39,511 nucleotides of DNA, from IMG/VR virus record IMGVR_UViG_3300020045_003034, positions 1 to 39,511 of that record, one strand, 5' to 3'. Each line of letters starts with the position of its first letter. Positions within the stretch are counted from its first letter, which is position 1. Position numbers and translations under genes: made by a program. This document shows positions 9,345 to 18,971 of the stretch, piece by piece. The notes below the pieces were generated by a model. That model had not been told where the DNA came from and did not search any database. It worked only from the letters and a program-made list of their open reading frames with translations. Origin of the DNA: a virus. Lineage: Duplodnaviria; Caudoviricetes.

Positions 9345-9377
9345 TCTAAATTGAATTTGTAATACTGTATTATAGCA
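9345..9377 (-). promoter_or_regulatory. Hairpin-less variant of the leader cassette (scaffold)
   Basis: TGCTATAAT ACAGT ATTACAAATTC AATTTA GA ATG. Confidence 0.65.
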
Positions 9378-9623
9378 TTACTCTTTTTCGTTTTTATCTT
9401 TACTTATATCTTTTTTACTTTCACCCTCATCTTTGTCCTCTTTTTTGTCGTAGTATTCAGGGTCAAGTTTAAGATGATCTTTTACTATCTTCATAATAGT
9501 TTCTAAATCACCATGAAAAGTTTTAAGGTGGTCTCTCTTTTCTTCGACCATACCTGCCTTAATAGCATCTTTCATTTCATTGGCATCATCTTTTTTTTCT
9601 TTTAGTTTTATTTTGATTTTCAT
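9378..9623 (-). CDS. Small charged protein, DUF5661-like
   Basis: GMVEEKRDH..IVKDHLKLDPEYYDK resembles the DHL..P.YY motif. Confidence 0.6.
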   Translation of the reverse strand: MKIKIKLKEKKDDANEMKDAIKAGMVEEKRDHLKTFHGDLETIMKIVKDHLKLDPEYYDKKEDKDEGESKKDISKDKNEKE

Positions 9624-9625
9624 AA

Positions 9626-11599
9626 TTATCTTACACTCCCTTCTGGTAAAACTTGTGGTTGTGTAGCTATTTGAGTAGTATCCATTGGTGTTGCTTGTGC
9701 TTGTTCAGGTTGAACTGGCATAGATTGAGGTTGCTCTTGAGGTGCAGCACCGCTCAAAGTATCAGCCATTTGAGGAATAGTTTGTTTTTTGACAAATTGC
9801 ATCAAGTACATTTCAGGGTTAGAAGCAAATACCAAACCTCTTTCAGTTCTGCCCTCTGCATCATCAATACCCATGTCATTAAAGAAGTCTAATGGATTAC
9901 AGAATGGAGCGCCAAGTTGAGCCATTTGTACTGCATTCTTTTGAGCTTTAAGTTTGTCGGTACCAGAAGCTTTTATCATCACTTCCATACCATCTTCAAT
10001 CATATCGTTCTTAAGCTTTATAAAAGTTACAACGCCTCTTTGGCCAAGTATCTTCCTAAAGTGTTCTTCTGTATACCTTAACTTAATGAATTGCATTTCC
10101 CATTGAGCCATCCATTCAGCAGCAGCATTGATTGTATCTTCAACTAAATCATCAGCACGAGTAAAGTCTGCCTCTCTAGCAATTTGATTTGTAGTAGCTA
10201 CATCTGATTGTATTTGACCTCTAACGGCAGAAGCGCCAGCCAAAGCATACATTCTGTCTCGAGTATTATTCAAGTCAGCAAATTCTTGGCTGGTTGGCAT
10301 AGTAGGTTGAATGAATGCATGGACTTTTTGGACATCATCGTCCACAAGCAAATCCTGCTTTGGGTTATCCATGTCCATTCTTTCAACATCTTCTGCTTTA
10401 ATTCCGCCTTTCTTTGAAAATATGTGCTTACCTTTATTCTTCAACTTTTCCATAATCGACTTACCACGTTCATCCAAGTTCTCTTGATTACGTAAATTCT
10501 GTTCAATACGAGAAGTCTCATCATAAGGAATCTTACCCCATTGGTCATATCCCATGAAATAATAAGGCTTTCTAGGTTGGTCAAAATAGTTTCTAAATAT
10601 CTTCTCTACTGTTATACCCTCAGTATCACCAAAAGCCATTCTGGTTTGCAACTCTTCATCACTTACCTTAACCTTGGTCATTCCATCATAAGTAAAGAAC
10701 TCGTTATATCCCTCCCAATCAAAGTTTGGATTCTTAATCTTCTTAAAGATAACATCTTCGTATTTCCATAATACAGCATTTACTTTCTTTGATTCGTTTT
10801 TTATAGCTGCTTCTGCTTTCTTACCATCATCGTACCAAGTAAACCACAACTCACGCATTTTAATTTCTGTTGCTTTTTCTTTATATGTTAATGTTTTGTC
10901 GTCTGCAATCACTCCATTCTTATGCAAGGCTTTTAGAAAATCTTCTTTCTTGTTAGGGAATATCATTAAGAGTTCTTGTACAGTTACCGGCACAAATTCA
11001 CAGATAAACTTCATATCATCTGCGTTAGATGTTGAGCATGTATGATCTACTACGATATTGTTTGGATGTACATTTAAGAACTCAAAATCATTTTTCTCTG
11101 AGTTCCAACGTGCTTTAATAATACCAGTGAAATATACAGGAAGATGTTTAAATGCTAGTCCTAAAGTCTTACGATTCTCTCTTGTCTTAATGTCACTATC
11201 AACTATTGTTGTTATATTCTCAGCTGTCTCTTTTGCTTCTGGGTCATCTTTATTAGGCAAAACCATCATATCAGGTAGTTTGCTCATGGCAATTGGCTTA
11301 ATAGAAGCTTCTATTTCGTATAAGGCGTTATCTAAGTATCTAGTTTCATAGTCTTTTAGCTTATGATCTTTATCTGCACCATCAAGTTGTTTACCAAATA
11401 AAAAACATTCATTCTTTTTTCTACGTTCAGTGAGGTTGTACTTTTGGTCAAACCATTTCTTACTGTCATCAACACGTTTATCAACAATTTTAAACAGTTC
11501 ATCATCATCAATGTCTAATGAAATAGGGTCTGATATTTGAAGTATGGATTCATCTTCAATGATAGTATAATCGTTTGTTTTTTCCAGTTGTTTATCCAT
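9626..11599 (-). CDS. Portal protein (P22/podovirus-like)
   Basis: About 657 aa after TerL; likely start MDKQ at 11599; VHPNNIVVD motif; Q/P-rich tail. Confidence 0.85.
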   Translation of the reverse strand: MDKQLEKTNDYTIIEDESILQISDPISLDIDDDELFKIVDKRVDDSKKWFDQKYNLTERRKKNECFLFGKQLDGADKDHKLKDYETRYLDNALYEIEASIKPIAMSKLPDMMVLPNKDDPEAKETAENITTIVDSDIKTRENRKTLGLAFKHLPVYFTGIIKARWNSEKNDFEFLNVHPNNIVVDHTCSTSNADDMKFICEFVPVTVQELLMIFPNKKEDFLKALHKNGVIADDKTLTYKEKATEIKMRELWFTWYDDGKKAEAAIKNESKKVNAVLWKYEDVIFKKIKNPNFDWEGYNEFFTYDGMTKVKVSDEELQTRMAFGDTEGITVEKIFRNYFDQPRKPYYFMGYDQWGKIPYDETSRIEQNLRNQENLDERGKSIMEKLKNKGKHIFSKKGGIKAEDVERMDMDNPKQDLLVDDDVQKVHAFIQPTMPTSQEFADLNNTRDRMYALAGASAVRGQIQSDVATTNQIAREADFTRADDLVEDTINAAAEWMAQWEMQFIKLRYTEEHFRKILGQRGVVTFIKLKNDMIEDGMEVMIKASGTDKLKAQKNAVQMAQLGAPFCNPLDFFNDMGIDDAEGRTERGLVFASNPEMYLMQFVKKQTIPQMADTLSGAAPQEQPQSMPVQPEQAQATPMDTTQIATQPQVLPEGSVR

Positions 11600-11655
11600 A
11601 AAATAAAAAGACCGCACATCGGCGGTCTAAATTGACTTAATAGATTATTATACCA
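11600..11655 (-). promoter_or_regulatory. Leader cassette 4 (portal)
   Basis: TGGTATAAT AATCT ATTAAGTC AATTTA GACCGC CGATGT GCGGTC TTTTTATTTT ATG. Confidence 0.85.
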
Positions 11656-11901
11656 TCAAATAACAGGGTGAAACATATACCTGCTCTTACAATTCTTGCA
11701 TTGAAGTACTGTACCAACCTTATATGGGACTTCTCCGGGTACAATTTGAGCTACTGACCCTTTGTATTGAATCAATGGATTTTGACAATTAGGGCAGAAA
11801 AACATTTTTAAATTATATCCTTGTGGGTCTGTTAAGTCTCTTTGTAGCCATACACTCGTTACTGGTATCTCAATCACTACGCCTTTTATTTCTACGATCA
11901 T
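11656..11901 (-). CDS. Zinc-ribbon protein, Mu Com-like
   Basis: FFCPNCQNPL..VLQCKNCKS, 81 aa, ATGA-coupled to TerL. Confidence 0.6.
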   Translation of the reverse strand: MIVEIKGVVIEIPVTSVWLQRDLTDPQGYNLKMFFCPNCQNPLIQYKGSVAQIVPGEVPYKVGTVLQCKNCKSRYMFHPVI

Positions 11902-13349
11902 CTAAATTTGTTAATATCTATTGTCTCTATTTTACCACTAGGTGTGACAACTAGAGTGGGCAATTGTTTTGTCTCTTGCTTATGAGTAATACCTCCAACC
12001 TTAGCGTCTATCCATTTAATCTTTCTTAACATATATCTTTGGTCATCAAGTGCATGGTCACTACACAAATCATCTATATCTTCAACATTATGTTCATCAT
12101 GTATTGCCACTGGTATTTCCCTAATTAAATTCTCACAATTAGTAGTTATTTGATAATAAGGTAAACCATCTGGCGCAATAGACATCCAATTTAACATAAT
12201 CATCCAACCTTGTATTCTATCTTTATCGGCAGGTTTAAGACATTGGAAGTCATCATCTGCATCTTTAAACAGATTGAATATAGACTTGCTCTGTGAATCA
12301 TTTGGTTTGTTATAAATTTGAGTATCAGCCTGTACCCAAGTAATATCTTTTAATTTTAGGCCATAAAAGGTTAGTTTCTTTTTAATGATCTCTGCCCAAT
12401 CTCTAGGGTCTTTATCAGTTCCATATACTTCACAAAATGTCCTTACTCTATGGAATGTAATTCCATTAAAAGTAATTTTTTTGATCTCTGCTAAGTGAAA
12501 AGAGAATGGATCAGTTCTACCCCAATCTAATCCTCCAACTATCAATCCACCACCATCAGGAATAAAAGGGTTGATAATATGTAAATCTTTACGAAATGTT
12601 TTAAAATATTGTCCAGCAAATACATCCCAATCTCCCCATCTCCATGCTTTATATAAATCAGGGTCTTTTTCTTTCAATGACTCAAGCACTGCTACATATT
12701 GTGGGTCTTTTTCCATTAAAATAGTATTGTCGTCAAGCGTAGCTGGAATAAAAACTCTAGTTAAAGTTAATTCTTTATCTTTTACTTTCATTCTGTATGT
12801 ATAAGTAGTTCCCGGAGGAGCGACATCGACAAATCTTTCTTTAACCCAAACATGACCAACACCACCCGGATTAGTAGTATTAAATATTTGAGGTTTCAAT
12901 CCATCTACTGTACTACGACATGACCCCATTATCTGTAAGTAATACATTTCTTGTGGTATCTGAGTCAATTCTTCTACCAATTCTCTTTGATATTCATGTC
13001 CCAAATATTTCTCGTAAGATTTTCTATCTTTTAAATGTCCTGTTCTAAATATTGCTCCACTAGGAAATTTAACTGTTGCCGGTTTACCAGACACAACACC
13101 ACCTACACCTGCATACATATAAGAAGCTCTATCCAACCAGTCAGCTAAGTCTTCTGCATTCTTTCTTAACACTAAAGCTCTATATCTTGGATGGTCAATA
13201 TATAAATTGCCATAAGGATTTTTATCACCTAATAACCATACTTGACCACAATCTGTTTTTCCTGGCCCTCTAGCACCTCCAGCTAGTATCTCAAACTCAT
13301 CTCTTAACAAAGCATTCTCTTGCCATGGAAATGGTTTCCATTCGCTCAT
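11898..13349 (-). CDS. terL: Terminase large subunit
   Basis: Walker A GGARGPGKT, LVEELTQ, TNPGGVGH.WVK, nuclease GLDWG and DHALDDQRY. Confidence 0.95.
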   Translation of the reverse strand: MSEWKPFPWQENALLRDEFEILAGGARGPGKTDCGQVWLLGDKNPYGNLYIDHPRYRALVLRKNAEDLADWLDRASYMYAGVGGVVSGKPATVKFPSGAIFRTGHLKDRKSYEKYLGHEYQRELVEELTQIPQEMYYLQIMGSCRSTVDGLKPQIFNTTNPGGVGHVWVKERFVDVAPPGTTYTYRMKVKDKELTLTRVFIPATLDDNTILMEKDPQYVAVLESLKEKDPDLYKAWRWGDWDVFAGQYFKTFRKDLHIINPFIPDGGGLIVGGLDWGRTDPFSFHLAEIKKITFNGITFHRVRTFCEVYGTDKDPRDWAEIIKKKLTFYGLKLKDITWVQADTQIYNKPNDSQSKSIFNLFKDADDDFQCLKPADKDRIQGWMIMLNWMSIAPDGLPYYQITTNCENLIREIPVAIHDEHNVEDIDDLCSDHALDDQRYMLRKIKWIDAKVGGITHKQETKQLPTLVVTPSGKIETIDINKFR

Positions 13350-13795
13350 TTTGCTGGTTTATAAATATGTACTGTTTCTAATTTCTCATCATCGGATGTA
13401 ATATCTTTCTTATCTCTCCAATTTAAAATATTCTTACTTGCCATAATTGCAAATGGTTGAGCATATAGGTTTTGTAATCCATTAGTTATTAAAATATTCT
13501 CTTGACATTCTTTAGCTCTTTTTATGGCGACGGAGAATTCAGGATAATTTTTAGCCCATTCGTTTATAGTATCTCTATGAACTCCAATCTTTACAGCGAA
13601 TCCTGCAAGAGTTGGTAAATCAGATGGTAAGTATTTTATTTCTTCTTTTACTGTGCCGTCTTTATATGTAATTATTACTGGTGTTTCGAAGTGTGGTTCA
13701 ATATCAAAATAATCCATTATCTCTTCACAGTACTTTTTATCATATTTAGTTGGTTGACCTGCGTGTAATTTCACGGTATTTTTATTTCCTTCCAT
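13346..13795 (-). CDS. terS: Terminase small subunit (P22 gp3-like)
   Basis: GQPTKY, PTLAGFAVKIGVHRDTINEWAKNYPEFS; overlaps TerL; TGCTATAAT 6 nt before ATG. Confidence 0.88.
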   Translation of the reverse strand: MEGNKNTVKLHAGQPTKYDKKYCEEIMDYFDIEPHFETPVIITYKDGTVKEEIKYLPSDLPTLAGFAVKIGVHRDTINEWAKNYPEFSVAIKRAKECQENILITNGLQNLYAQPFAIMASKNILNWRDKKDITSDDEKLETVHIYKPAK

Positions 13796-13880
13796 ATCTA
13801 TATTATAGCACTCTCCCCTATCGCTTTATTTGCCGGGGGGATCGCACAATAACCGCATCTTTTTACTGTAACTAACTATA

Positions 13881-14135
13881 TCATTTAGGTTCATTTTTAA
13901 TTCCTTCTATTACTCTAACCATTTCTTCTTCTTCTTCTGCTACCTTAGGATTGTTCCATTTATAAAGTGTCTTTCCATCTGGTCGCATTACTCCACCTAC
14001 TGGGCTATTCTTTAATTTAATCTTTTCTTTTATTATCTCTGGTACTCTTTGTATATCATTGATCTGTTTAGATCCAATATAATATCCTATTAAGATACTG
14101 ATTATTATTTCTATAAATGTTATTAGACTATTCAT
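13881..14135 (-). CDS. Membrane-anchored hypothetical protein
   Basis: N-terminal hydrophobic helix. Confidence 0.7.
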   Translation of the reverse strand: MNSLITFIEIIISILIGYYIGSKQINDIQRVPEIIKEKIKLKNSPVGGVMRPDGKTLYKWNNPKVAEEEEEMVRVIEGIKNEPK

Positions 14136-14424
14136 TGTAATATTTCTCCTCTAGCCAAACATTCTTTAAATTTTTAATTTCATTTTTACTTACATCAATA
14201 TGTTTAGTTCCATAAGCTTCTACATATTCTTTTGATACATGACCTTCTCTAAAAGGTTGGAGTATATCTTTTGCAAATTGTTTACGTTCTTCTTTTATAT
14301 TCTGGCTAGTGAACTCTACTTGCTTACTTAATTTACCACTAAATTTACGACAACTTTCGCAAGGTATTACTCCTAAGAATTGTTTATATCCTGCTTCATT
14401 TTTGTTGCAGATTGGACACTTCAT
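14128..14424 (-). CDS. Hypothetical protein with N-terminal Zn finger
   Basis: CPIC..CESC. Confidence 0.7.
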   Translation of the reverse strand: MKCPICNKNEAGYKQFLGVIPCESCRKFSGKLSKQVEFTSQNIKEERKQFAKDILQPFREGHVSKEYVEAYGTKHIDVSKNEIKNLKNVWLEEKYYNE

Positions 14425-15961
14425 TTACAATTGTTGCTCCTATAGACTGTAATTGTATAGCAACTGATACTGAATTAATAATTGCATTTTTAACTACAGC
14501 GGTTGGATCAATGATACCTTCTTTAATCATATCTTTAATCTTTCCGTCATTGACATCAACACCAGCATTAGAAAGTTCTGATAAGGACACCAATGTCCTC
14601 ATTTGACCAGCGTCATAACCAGCATTCTTAATAAGAGTATTGAATGGACGTTTAATTGCTTCTTTGAGTATCTTTTCTCCAAAGTTATTCTCATCTAATA
14701 CATGAGATATTTTCTCATATATAATTTCTCCACCTGCAACAATTCCATCAATCATAGAGGCTCTGGTAGCGTGGACTGCATCGTCAACTCTCTCTTTGCG
14801 TTCTTTCATTTCTACTTCTGTGCTTCCTCCTACTCGGATAACCGCAACACCGTTAGTTAGTTTTGCTTGGCGCTCATTAAGTTTGGCTATTTCCCATTCG
14901 CTTGTTTCACCAAGAATTGCTTTTTTAATTCCCTCAACTCTATCTTCAATATCGGATTTAATTCCCTTTCCGCCTACTACTATGGTTGTGTATTTATCTG
15001 ATGTTATTCTGTCTGCTCGGCCTAGGTCTTTAATCTCTAGGTCTTCAAATCTCATATTGGCTTGTTGTGAGATAAAAGTAGCACCTGTCAAGACAGCAAT
15101 ATCTTGTAGACAAAGCTTTTGTTTTTCTCCTGCTTCTGGGGCATGGATACAAAGTATATTAGCTGCACCCCTCATTTTAGTTGTGATTAAGGATGGTAGG
15201 GCTGTACCGGCAATTTCTGGGGCAATAATTACAATATTATCTATTTTTTGTTCAGACATCTCTTTAAATAGAGGTGCTAATTCCATTACATCATTTACAC
15301 TCTTATCGGTAATAAGTATGTATGGATTTTCTATCGTGGCCTCTTCAGTATCAGGATTATTGATAAAGAGATGAGAACAATAACCTTTTCCAAACTGCAT
15401 ACCTTCTTGAAAATCAACCCAAGTTTCATTTCCTTTGCTTTCTTCTATGGTTACAATTCCGTTAATTCCAGTCTTCTCAAGGACTCCCGATACTAACTCA
15501 CCAAGTTCTTCATCTTCAGCACTGATAGTCGCTACCTGTTTAAGCATTTCACCTTTAATAGGAATAGTGATTTTGCCCAACTCGGCTATAAGTTTATCTC
15601 TACCACTCTCTAAACCTTTTCTTAAACTCATAGGGTTAATACCAGCTGAGATTAGTTTGTAACATTCTTTGATTATTTCATCGGATAGGATAGTTACTGC
15701 TGTAGTTCCATCACCAACCATCATCACTTGTTTTTGTGCTGCTTCTCTTACAATCTTGACTCCTAAGTTTTCAGTTGGATCTGATAATTCAATAGCTTTA
15801 GCTACTGACACCCCATCATGTAAAACTACATGCTCATATCCTTTATCAATAGCCACATTCTTTCCACGGCTACCAAGAGTTGTACCGACTGCCGTAGCTA
15901 GTACATCTACACCTTTAATAAGTTTTTTTAATGCTTTATCTTCAAAATTTATTATTTTCAT
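14396..15961 (-). CDS. groEL: Chaperonin GroEL
   Basis: TLGSRGKNV, DGVSVAK, GDGTTA, EGMQF, ERKERVDDAVHAT, GIIDP; no GGM tail. Confidence 0.97.
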   Translation of the reverse strand: MKIINFEDKALKKLIKGVDVLATAVGTTLGSRGKNVAIDKGYEHVVLHDGVSVAKAIELSDPTENLGVKIVREAAQKQVMMVGDGTTAVTILSDEIIKECYKLISAGINPMSLRKGLESGRDKLIAELGKITIPIKGEMLKQVATISAEDEELGELVSGVLEKTGINGIVTIEESKGNETWVDFQEGMQFGKGYCSHLFINNPDTEEATIENPYILITDKSVNDVMELAPLFKEMSEQKIDNIVIIAPEIAGTALPSLITTKMRGAANILCIHAPEAGEKQKLCLQDIAVLTGATFISQQANMRFEDLEIKDLGRADRITSDKYTTIVVGGKGIKSDIEDRVEGIKKAILGETSEWEIAKLNERQAKLTNGVAVIRVGGSTEVEMKERKERVDDAVHATRASMIDGIVAGGEIIYEKISHVLDENNFGEKILKEAIKRPFNTLIKNAGYDAGQMRTLVSLSELSNAGVDVNDGKIKDMIKEGIIDPTAVVKNAIINSVSVAIQLQSIGATIVNEVSNLQQK

Positions 15962-15962
15962 T

Positions 15963-16259
15963 TTATTGTTGAATTTTTGCCATAATATCTAAAAATTTTA
16001 TCACTTTGAAATTTCTACCATTTTCTACAAAACTTTCATGACCCCAATGTCTGCATAAAACTATATCACCTACATTTACATCTTCTGGTGGTTCTATGAT
16101 TGTTCCCCATTCATTTCTAACTGCTTTACCTATTGAAATTACTTTACCCTTTACTTGTTTCTCGTCATCATACATTATTTCTAAAATTCCTGCCTGTTCT
16201 CTAACTGGTTCAAGTATTATTGAACCTGCCATCGGTTTGATTGAGATTAAATTATCCAT
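15963..16259 (-). CDS. groES: Co-chaperonin GroES
   Basis: IKPM..IILEP, GKVISIG, VNVGDIVL, DIMAKI; adjacent to GroEL. Confidence 0.92.
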   Translation of the reverse strand: MDNLISIKPMAGSIILEPVREQAGILEIMYDDEKQVKGKVISIGKAVRNEWGTIIEPPEDVNVGDIVLCRHWGHESFVENGRNFKVIKFLDIMAKIQQ

Positions 16260-16278
16260 ATGCGTGATTATACCAAAT

Positions 16279-16347
16279 TTACATTATCTTATTTAAAGTA
16301 AATCCTAATATTAGTATAGCTAGAAGTAATAGTATTATTGTTTTCAT
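16279..16347 (-). CDS. Possible 22-aa hydrophobic peptide
   Basis: MKTIILLLLAILILGFTLNKIM fills the gap between HNH and groES. Confidence 0.4.
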   Translation of the reverse strand: MKTIILLLLAILILGFTLNKIM

Positions 16348-16360
16348 TTAAGTATCTTAT

Positions 16361-16864
16361 CTATAAATTTATAACATTCAAAATAGCCCTATCACTATAA
16401 ATTTCTAATGCTTTTTTATTATATAATTTTGCCGCTTCAATTTTATCTCTCAAAAGTCCAAGTGTAACTTGTTTGTTATTAACTCTAATTTTAACCATCC
16501 AATAAATATCACCATTCCTAATTATTTTACAAACACCTTTAAAACCACTAGTGTTATTCCTTTGTATTAAAATTCTATTTTGACAATTTTCCCTAAAACT
16601 ACAAATACGAAGGTTACATTTTCTATTATCCAAAGTATTATGATTTATATGGTCAACAACCATACCTTTTGGTTGATTAGTAATAAACCCATGAAGGAAT
16701 ATATGCCTTTGTTTTCCATTTTCTAAGATACTTCTACGAGCATAAAATCCAATTTTTTCATTACCTGTAACATGCCATTTGAATTTAGATACTCTTTCGT
16801 AATCATCAATATCAATAATTGCTTTATAACCTTTTGTCAAAGGTATTTCTTCAAATTCTTTCAT
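16361..16864 (-). CDS. HNH endonuclease with AP2 domain
   Basis: VVDHINHNTLDNRKCNLR, NNTSGFKGV, EAAKLYN. Confidence 0.93.
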   Translation of the reverse strand: MKEFEEIPLTKGYKAIIDIDDYERVSKFKWHVTGNEKIGFYARRSILENGKQRHIFLHGFITNQPKGMVVDHINHNTLDNRKCNLRICSFRENCQNRILIQRNNTSGFKGVCKIIRNGDIYWMVKIRVNNKQVTLGLLRDKIEAAKLYNKKALEIYSDRAILNVINL

Positions 16865-17094
16865 TTTAACAATGTATCTATTGAATTATTAAATTCTTTT
16901 ATTCCATTACAATATCCTTCCATATAGTCATTTTCATTTTCAAGTTCTGTTGATATTGAAGTATTTTTTAACCCTCTTACTTTATCCTTTGGTATATAGT
17001 TATCTTGTATGAACTCCATTAAATAAGTTATGTCTCCTGGACTAAGTTCAATAAATTTACAATGTTTAATAAATTCTTTTTGTAAGTCTTTCAT
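16861..17094 (-). CDS. Hypothetical protein
   Basis: 77 aa, ATGA coupling. Confidence 0.7.
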   Translation of the reverse strand: MKDLQKEFIKHCKFIELSPGDITYLMEFIQDNYIPKDKVRGLKNTSISTELENENDYMEGYCNGIKEFNNSIDTLLK

Positions 17095-17095
17095 T

Positions 17096-17482
17096 TTATT
17101 TCTTTAATAACGGTAAATCTGAACAGCCATAACAATAATCGTGTGTTACTTCTTCAACTTCATTCCAATCACAAGGTTCACTAAATCTTATATTCTCTTT
17201 ATCTATCTGAACTCTAGTTATACCACCACACTCATGTAGAAGAATCAAAATAAAATTTTGTATATTATTTTCAATGCAAATCTTTTGTATGTCTATAAAT
17301 ATTTCTTCATCTTTTCCATTATAAAATTTAATTTCATATTTAGTAGATATAAGTAATCTATTTTTAGTTTTATCATCTCTTGTATTACTAAAGTTATAAT
17401 AATCTTTATATTTCTTAATGAACCAATCAGGTAGTGTTACTCCTCTTGCATCTTCACTAATTAATGTTGATCTAAATCCCAT
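17096..17482 (-). CDS. Hypothetical protein
   Basis: 128 aa; HEC and HDYCYGC possible metal ligands. Confidence 0.75.
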   Translation of the reverse strand: MGFRSTLISEDARGVTLPDWFIKKYKDYYNFSNTRDDKTKNRLLISTKYEIKFYNGKDEEIFIDIQKICIENNIQNFILILLHECGGITRVQIDKENIRFSEPCDWNEVEEVTHDYCYGCSDLPLLKK

Positions 17483-17485
17483 TTT

Positions 17486-17728
17486 TTATTCTCCTGATTT
17501 AATTTTTAATTTTTTATTCCTTGGTTTTAAACCTTTAGAACGTAATAATTTGTTTTTTGCTCTTAGATCATCAATTATTTTTTCATACACTCTACTTGTT
17601 TCTAATGCGTCTTCTCTTAAATCACTGTTTAGTTTATAAATATATTTTAAATATTTATATTCTCTAAACCATCCAATAGCAGTAACTATATTAGATATTA
17701 TTAGTAGAGTAATTGCTATGTATATCAT
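17486..17728 (-). CDS. Membrane-anchored hypothetical protein
   Basis: N-terminal TM helix, basic tail. Confidence 0.7.
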   Translation of the reverse strand: MIYIAITLLIISNIVTAIGWFREYKYLKYIYKLNSDLREDALETSRVYEKIIDDLRAKNKLLRSKGLKPRNKKLKIKSGE

Positions 17729-17730
17729 TG

Positions 17731-17949
17731 TTAAAAAAAGTTTTTGGTTGCCCTAATTTTTAACTCTTTACGGATAGCATGGATAACAAAAAGCTTTTTG
17801 AAAAAACCTAAAAAATCAAAGAAACCTGTTTCTTTCCCCATTTCATACATTAGATTCTTTGATACATATAAACGAACCTCTCCGTTAGGTGACGTTAAGA
17901 CACTATCATCATACGTCCAGTTTTTAAAAGGTCTATTGTTTTTGTTCAT
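17731..17949 (-). CDS. Hypothetical protein
   Basis: 72 aa, GGAGG upstream, ATGA coupling. Confidence 0.7.
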   Translation of the reverse strand: MNKNNRPFKNWTYDDSVLTSPNGEVRLYVSKNLMYEMGKETGFFDFLGFFKKLFVIHAIRKELKIRATKNFF

Positions 17950-18407
17950 TGTTTATCCTCCAATAGTTTAGGATTTTCATAGATATTACCAATTACTTCT
18001 ACATCGTGATAGTGTTCTCCTAAATTACAGATATATCCACCTCCATTTCTACAACAATCACAACAATCAGGATCATATATTACAAAAGCACCATCTGTAA
18101 ATTTAATAGCCATTAAATAATCTTTCTTTGCAAGATTACTACCTAGCGAATTAACAATATCTCCTTCATAAATCTCAATACCATTTTTATCTTTTAGACC
18201 TGTGTATTGCATAATATCTAATTCAGATGCTATATCTCCATAATAATTATCAAATGGAGTGCTTAGACATTCTTTTCTAGTATGAACATGACTAACAGAA
18301 CCATTCATTATAGTTGGGTCTTTACTATTTATTACCCAATTCATATTAAGAACTTTAAACATCTTTTTTGCATGGTCATCCCAAGCTCTAAATTTTATTT
18401 CTATCAT
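17946..18407 (-). CDS. YopX family protein
   Basis: IKFRAWD, MQYTGLKDKNG.EIYEGDIV, EVIGNIYENP.LL. Confidence 0.95.
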   Translation of the reverse strand: MIEIKFRAWDDHAKKMFKVLNMNWVINSKDPTIMNGSVSHVHTRKECLSTPFDNYYGDIASELDIMQYTGLKDKNGIEIYEGDIVNSLGSNLAKKDYLMAIKFTDGAFVIYDPDCCDCCRNGGGYICNLGEHYHDVEVIGNIYENPKLLEDKQ

Positions 18408-18961
18408 TGTTTATCTAAACTATTAACTTTATCTATTATTTCACATTGCTTTTCATACAATTTTGTTATTAGACTTCCATTGTTGAGGTTTATTTGCATA
18501 ATTTCTTCTTTACTTATCTTTTCAATCTTATTAGTTTTAATTGGCTCTGAATCATCAAACATTTCTTCAAACCATTCTGGGTTATTTTCAACTACTTTTT
18601 TATCATAAGTAAACGTCCTTAAAATTCCTTGGTTATTCAATAATATTGTTTTTGTAACAGAAGATAAATATTGTTTTGATTCTTTGTCATACGTAAATAT
18701 AGAATCTTTTATAAATTCTGGTGTATTTTTTAATAATCTAAACTGTCTAGGTGATTTACTTAATTTAGTCTTAGGTTGTATTAGTTCTAGTTTATCGTAC
18801 TTCAAACTCATGATATGTCTATTTTTATCTTCAAAATTTGTCTTAGATAAAATTTTATTAACGGTAACAATAGATCCTACTTCTAAAGTACCAATTTGAG
18901 ATATGTCTTTAATAACTCTATACTTCTGACCTACTTTAAGTTTTGGTTGTTTTGGTTTCAT
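18404..18961 (-). CDS. Hypothetical protein
   Basis: Likely start MKPKQ at 18961; VENNPEWFEE motif. Confidence 0.75.
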   Translation of the reverse strand: MKPKQPKLKVGQKYRVIKDISQIGTLEVGSIVTVNKILSKTNFEDKNRHIMSLKYDKLELIQPKTKLSKSPRQFRLLKNTPEFIKDSIFTYDKESKQYLSSVTKTILLNNQGILRTFTYDKKVVENNPEWFEEMFDDSEPIKTNKIEKISKEEIMQINLNNGSLITKLYEKQCEIIDKVNSLDKQ

Positions 18962-18971
18962 AGTTTTAAAT

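Noticed and set aside
14412-15992. Plus-strand ORFs opposite groEL (up to 192 aa)
   Set aside because: Antisense shadows of a well-conserved gene, I/S-rich with no motifs.
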